Virus record (IMG/VR): IMGVR_UViG_2778261571_000004
Strand: one strand, 5' to 3'
DNA length: 64,000 bases
DNA from: a virus
Taxonomy: Duplodnaviria > Heunggongvirae > Uroviricota > Caudoviricetes
The notes beneath the pieces are model-generated. The model had not been told where the DNA came from. It saw only the letters and a program-made list of their open reading frames with translations, and did no database searches. Position 1 is the stretch's first letter; each line of letters starts with the position of its first letter. Below, in pieces: positions 60,863 through 64,000 of this stretch. Made by a program: the position numbers and the translations under genes.

Positions 60863-61966
60863 TCACACCGCCACTGGAACCTTGATCCACGGTAGAGGGT
60901 CATAGCCAAGAATTAAAACCTCGTCCCATTTGAAATCATCCAACTCTGACCATTCATGAGGGAAAATAACGACCGGATCTGAATGCTCTGGAGCCTGTCG
61001 TTTCATTAGCTCACACACACCTTCCATGTGGTTGTTGTACAAATGCACGTCAAAGCCAAAATGCACAAATGCACCGGCCATGTGACCCGTAATCTTCGCG
61101 AGAAAATGAGTGAGAATGCCATAGCCAGCAATATTGAATGGCATACCAACAAAAGTGTCTACGCTACGCTGTACGAGGCAGGAGTTGAGGATGCGTTTGG
61201 GGATTCCAAGTTCATCCAGTTCAGCTTCAGTAACACTGCCGTCCATATCCAGATCGTATAGCATCTTGGTGTAGATAGACTCGTAACCGAGGCGACTGTG
61301 TTGAAGACCAATGTCAGTTGCCATCGTTAAACGGGTTTCAAAATCCAGCTCACGACTCCACAAAGAGAAGACAAAGTGGCAAGGTGGCAGTTTCATATCC
61401 TCAAGCTCGCCTACGTTCCATGCGTTAAGCATGATGCGACGATCGGTAGGGTTCGTGCGCAGTGTATCGACAATACGCTGTAGCTGATCGATTTCACGGG
61501 ACAGCACTACGCGATCTTCACTGATACCCAGGTATCCCTCGACTTTGTACCCGCGTTCACGGAAAGTAGCGATCTTGCTCAGATATTCACTATGGCTCAC
61601 GATGCGGGTATCTTCCCATCGACGCCACTGCTTACCGTAAACCGGCCCCAAATCGCCATTCTCATCGGCCCATGCATCCCAAATCTTAACGCCGTTATCC
61701 TTGAGAAATTGGATGTTGCCCGTGCCTTTCAGATACCACTCAAGTTCGACAAGTAGTGGCTTAAGATTTACCGCCTTTCCAGAAATAAGCGGCACAGTCC
61801 CACCAGTAAGCATGTAGTAAGAGGGAACGTAGCAGGTGCTTAAAGTACCAGTGCCTGTGCGATCATCAGCCTGCACGCCGCTTTTAAGCACCGTCTCAAT
61901 AACTTTTGCATACGATGCGTTTGTTACCTGACCGTTCGTATGCTCTCGATTCAAAAGGAGTGACAC
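60863..61966 (-). CDS. thyA: Thymidylate synthase (ThyA family) with about 50-aa internal insert and short N-terminal extension
   Basis: DRTGTGT, IWDAWADENGDLGPVYGKQWR, catalytic PPCH, RSVDTFVGMPFNIAGY; insert between PPCH and the PFNIA region. Confidence 0.8.
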   Translation of the reverse strand: MSLLLNREHTNGQVTNASYAKVIETVLKSGVQADDRTGTGTLSTCYVPSYYMLTGGTVPLISGKAVNLKPLLVELEWYLKGTGNIQFLKDNGVKIWDAWADENGDLGPVYGKQWRRWEDTRIVSHSEYLSKIATFRERGYKVEGYLGISEDRVVLSREIDQLQRIVDTLRTNPTDRRIMLNAWNVGELEDMKLPPCHFVFSLWSRELDFETRLTMATDIGLQHSRLGYESIYTKMLYDLDMDGSVTEAELDELGIPKRILNSCLVQRSVDTFVGMPFNIAGYGILTHFLAKITGHMAGAFVHFGFDVHLYNNHMEGVCELMKRQAPEHSDPVVIFPHEWSELDDFKWDEVLILGYDPLPWIKVPVAV

Positions 61967-61980
61967 AAAAACCTCACAAA

Positions 61981-62002
61981 GATAAGTAATTACTTATTCA
62001 TC
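61981..62002. promoter_or_regulatory. Palindrome, motif family 1
   Basis: gataagtaattacttattcatc, 15-36 nt upstream of thyA start. Confidence 0.4.
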
Positions 62003-62136
62003 GTGTGAGTTTACATTCATTGAGAGAACAAGACCAGACAGATAAAAAAATGGTGGCCATAGGCCACCAAAACGAATAGTCATTCCAGAGTTTTATTACG
62101 CATGTTAAATATACACAGATAGATAACTACCTACAA

Positions 62137-63006
62137 TTATTTTTTGATCATTCCGTACATTGCTGAGGCTTTAGCTTGCTCAACAAAGGAGGATAAATCG
62201 ACATCACTATAGGTTGGAGACTTCAGAATCTTTCCATCGGAAATTCGAAAACCGATCATCTTATCGGTGCCATCAGCATGGCGGAATCCCAGATCTGAAG
62301 AGTCGTATTTGCAGTTGGCCACAGCCTGGCGACGTTCCTCAACATCAGCAGGCCATAATTTTGTCATGTTAGACCGATGAATTTCGCCAACCAGCTCGAC
62401 GACATTGATACCGAGGAAATCAGCCAGTCGATAAGTCATCATGCACGCCACATAGATTTTGTTCATGACACGGCGCAGTTCCTGAATCAGCTCAGAATCC
62501 TTAACAGTCTTGTTCTCAAGTTTATCTGCCAGCTCTTCGAGCATACATGACGCCTCACGAGCTTCCTGAAATGGCATTGCCATATCATCGAAAACAGTGT
62601 TACCGGGCACAAAAATTGTCTGCATAAAGCGATCAATGCTCTGTTCCTGCGTGTAATAGGTCATGCCGGTAGAAATACCACCTTTGATGGCGACCATCGT
62701 ACCAACACCAACGTATAAAAAGTCGGCCATTGCATCCAGCAGTTGCTCAATATCCCCATTCATTGCGGCTGGAATACCTTCCACTACAGCTTCTTCATGA
62801 ATCAGGCTTGCACGGAGACGAAGCAGCTCTGGTGTCGGCATAACGCGTCTCGGATGCTGGAAGAGTTCATGAAACTGATCGACCATCTTGTAAATACTTT
62901 CAGTAGCTACACCATGACCTTCATGCAACTCATATGGTTCTGGCTTAAATCCAATGAGACGATCGGTGGCAAGTTTCAGGTGGTCAGTCAGTTTGGTAAA
63001 GTTCAT
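62137..63006 (-). CDS. Hypothetical protein, possibly MazG-like nucleotide pyrophosphohydrolase
   Basis: Helical EExxE...ExxD-like segment (HEEAVVEGIPAAMNGDIEQLLDAMADFL); weak. Confidence 0.3.
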   Translation of the reverse strand: MNFTKLTDHLKLATDRLIGFKPEPYELHEGHGVATESIYKMVDQFHELFQHPRRVMPTPELLRLRASLIHEEAVVEGIPAAMNGDIEQLLDAMADFLYVGVGTMVAIKGGISTGMTYYTQEQSIDRFMQTIFVPGNTVFDDMAMPFQEAREASCMLEELADKLENKTVKDSELIQELRRVMNKIYVACMMTYRLADFLGINVVELVGEIHRSNMTKLWPADVEERRQAVANCKYDSSDLGFRHADGTDKMIGFRISDGKILKSPTYSDVDLSSFVEQAKASAMYGMIKK

Positions 63007-63083
63007 GCTAGTTTTGTTCCTTCTTAATTCTTGTGATCCATTGTGGCCCAGCGTTGCCAGGCCACATAATGCTTTGTATCGGT

Positions 63084-64000
63084 TTACAGGTCTGCAAACT
63101 GGCTTAGAGAAGCCTTATCCACGGTAGAATCGATCTGACCTACCAGATATGTGCTTTGCTCTGCCTCTTGTGGTGCAATTTGCAGTGTGTCGGTTAACAA
63201 CCACTTGTTCATCCAGACCAGCGGATCTGTGGTAACTTCTGGAAATAAAGCCTTCAGGCCAAGACGATTCATAGCCAGATTGGTGCGGTATTTTACATAG
63301 GTCTTCAGAATATCCGCGTTTAAACCAATCATCGAACCGTCTTTGAAGAGATAGTCTGCCCAGTTCATTTCTTGTTCGGCGACTGATTTCATGGTGTCGT
63401 AAATGACGTTTTCTTCATCAGCAGCAATCTCTTTCCACAATAAACCTTCGCGACCGGTACGCATGAAGCGGATCATGCGTTCAGTTCCTTCGCAATGCAG
63501 AGCTTCATCACGGGCAATAAAGCGCATAATTTTGGTGTTACCCTCAAGCAACTTCCGTTCGCCAAAGGCAAACGTACATGCAAAACTTACATAGAAACGG
63601 ATCGCCTCAAGCGCATTAATGGACACCAACGTGCGGAAAAGCTGACGGTGCAAAGGGTATGGCTCCCAGCCATATTCATTTACGTACAGACGTTCAAACT
63701 CTTTCTCACCTAACGACTGGCGCTCGCAGGTCATCCTATAAAGCCTGTCATATTCAGCAGAGATACTGATCGCTCGGTTGATGATTTCTTCATCCGTAAC
63801 AATACCGTCAAAAACAATACTCGGATCGTCCACCATGCCACGAATAATGTGGGTGTAGCTGCGGCTATGGATAGTCTCAGAGAAAGACCATGTTTCAACC
63901 CACGTTTCCAGTTCAGGAATAGAGATAAGCGGCAGCAGCGTTGCATTTGGGCTACGTCCCTGAACTGAATCGAGTAACGTTTGATAACGGAGATTGCTCA
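63084..64000 (-). CDS. nrdB: Ribonucleotide reductase class Ia beta subunit (partial; N-terminus beyond window end)
   Basis: Own translation upstream of track start gives ...YQTLLDSVQGRSPNATLLPLISIPELETWVETWSFSETIHSRSYTHIIRGMVDDPSIVFDG, close to E. coli NrdB; C-terminus ...YLVGQIDSTVD; C-terminal half diverged. Confidence 0.85.
   Translation of the reverse strand, partial: SNLRYQTLLDSVQGRSPNATLLPLISIPELETWVETWSFSETIHSRSYTHIIRGMVDDPSIVFDGIVTDEEIINRAISISAEYDRLYRMTCERQSLGEKEFERLYVNEYGWEPYPLHRQLFRTLVSINALEAIRFYVSFACTFAFGERKLLEGNTKIMRFIARDEALHCEGTERMIRFMRTGREGLLWKEIAADEENVIYDTMKSVAEQEMNWADYLFKDGSMIGLNADILKTYVKYRTNLAMNRLGLKALFPEVTTDPLVWMNKWLLTDTLQIAPQEAEQSTYLVGQIDSTVDKASLSQFADL

Noticed and set aside
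60863-61966. ThyA homologue as a dUMP or dCMP hydroxymethylase for DNA hypermodification
   Set aside because: A DHFR gene is adjacent (needed only with a true thymidylate synthase) and the Asn of the PFNIA segment is retained; not excluded, but not supported from sequence alone

Overview
The window reads as a mosaic of a siphovirus-type phage genome and enterobacterial housekeeping DNA. All calls rest on reading the six-frame translations and the DNA by eye; no database search, HMM or structure prediction was run. Positions 1-23100 (minus strand) hold a lambda-like morphogenesis block: partial tail fibre, J-like central fibre with a long coiled-coil repeat insert, I, K, L, M, tape measure, G/T chaperones, V-like major tail protein with an Ig-like domain, neck proteins, Ig-like decoration protein, capsid, scaffold, portal and terminase. 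Positions 23.3-39.7 kb are accessory: a six-gene translationally coupled operon (two ParB-like proteins, an orphan ABC ATPase, a GNAT-like protein, a winged-helix protein), an SF2 helicase, AT-rich small genes, two arrays of about 22-bp direct repeats and a roughly 0.8-kb strongly GT-skewed non-coding stretch. Positions 39.9-43.2 kb carry metG and apbC in their usual divergent arrangement, followed by a LexA-box-controlled UmuD'-like gene and a complete type IC restriction-modification system (hsdM, hsdS with three TAEL repeats, hsdR). Positions 51-64 kb return to phage-type genes: RNase H, Dam-like methylase, exonuclease, P-loop kinase, DHFR, thymidylate synthase with an insert, and nrdB running off the window end. 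Two palindromic motif families and one long inverted-repeat element recur on both sides of metG-apbC, suggesting one regulatory regime across the window. No integrase, repressor, replication initiator, tRNA or CRISPR array was recognised. The best candidates for something undescribed are the ParB-ParB-ABC-GNAT operon, the repeat arrays with the GT-skewed region, and the operator-tagged small-gene island; none can be assigned a function from sequence alone.
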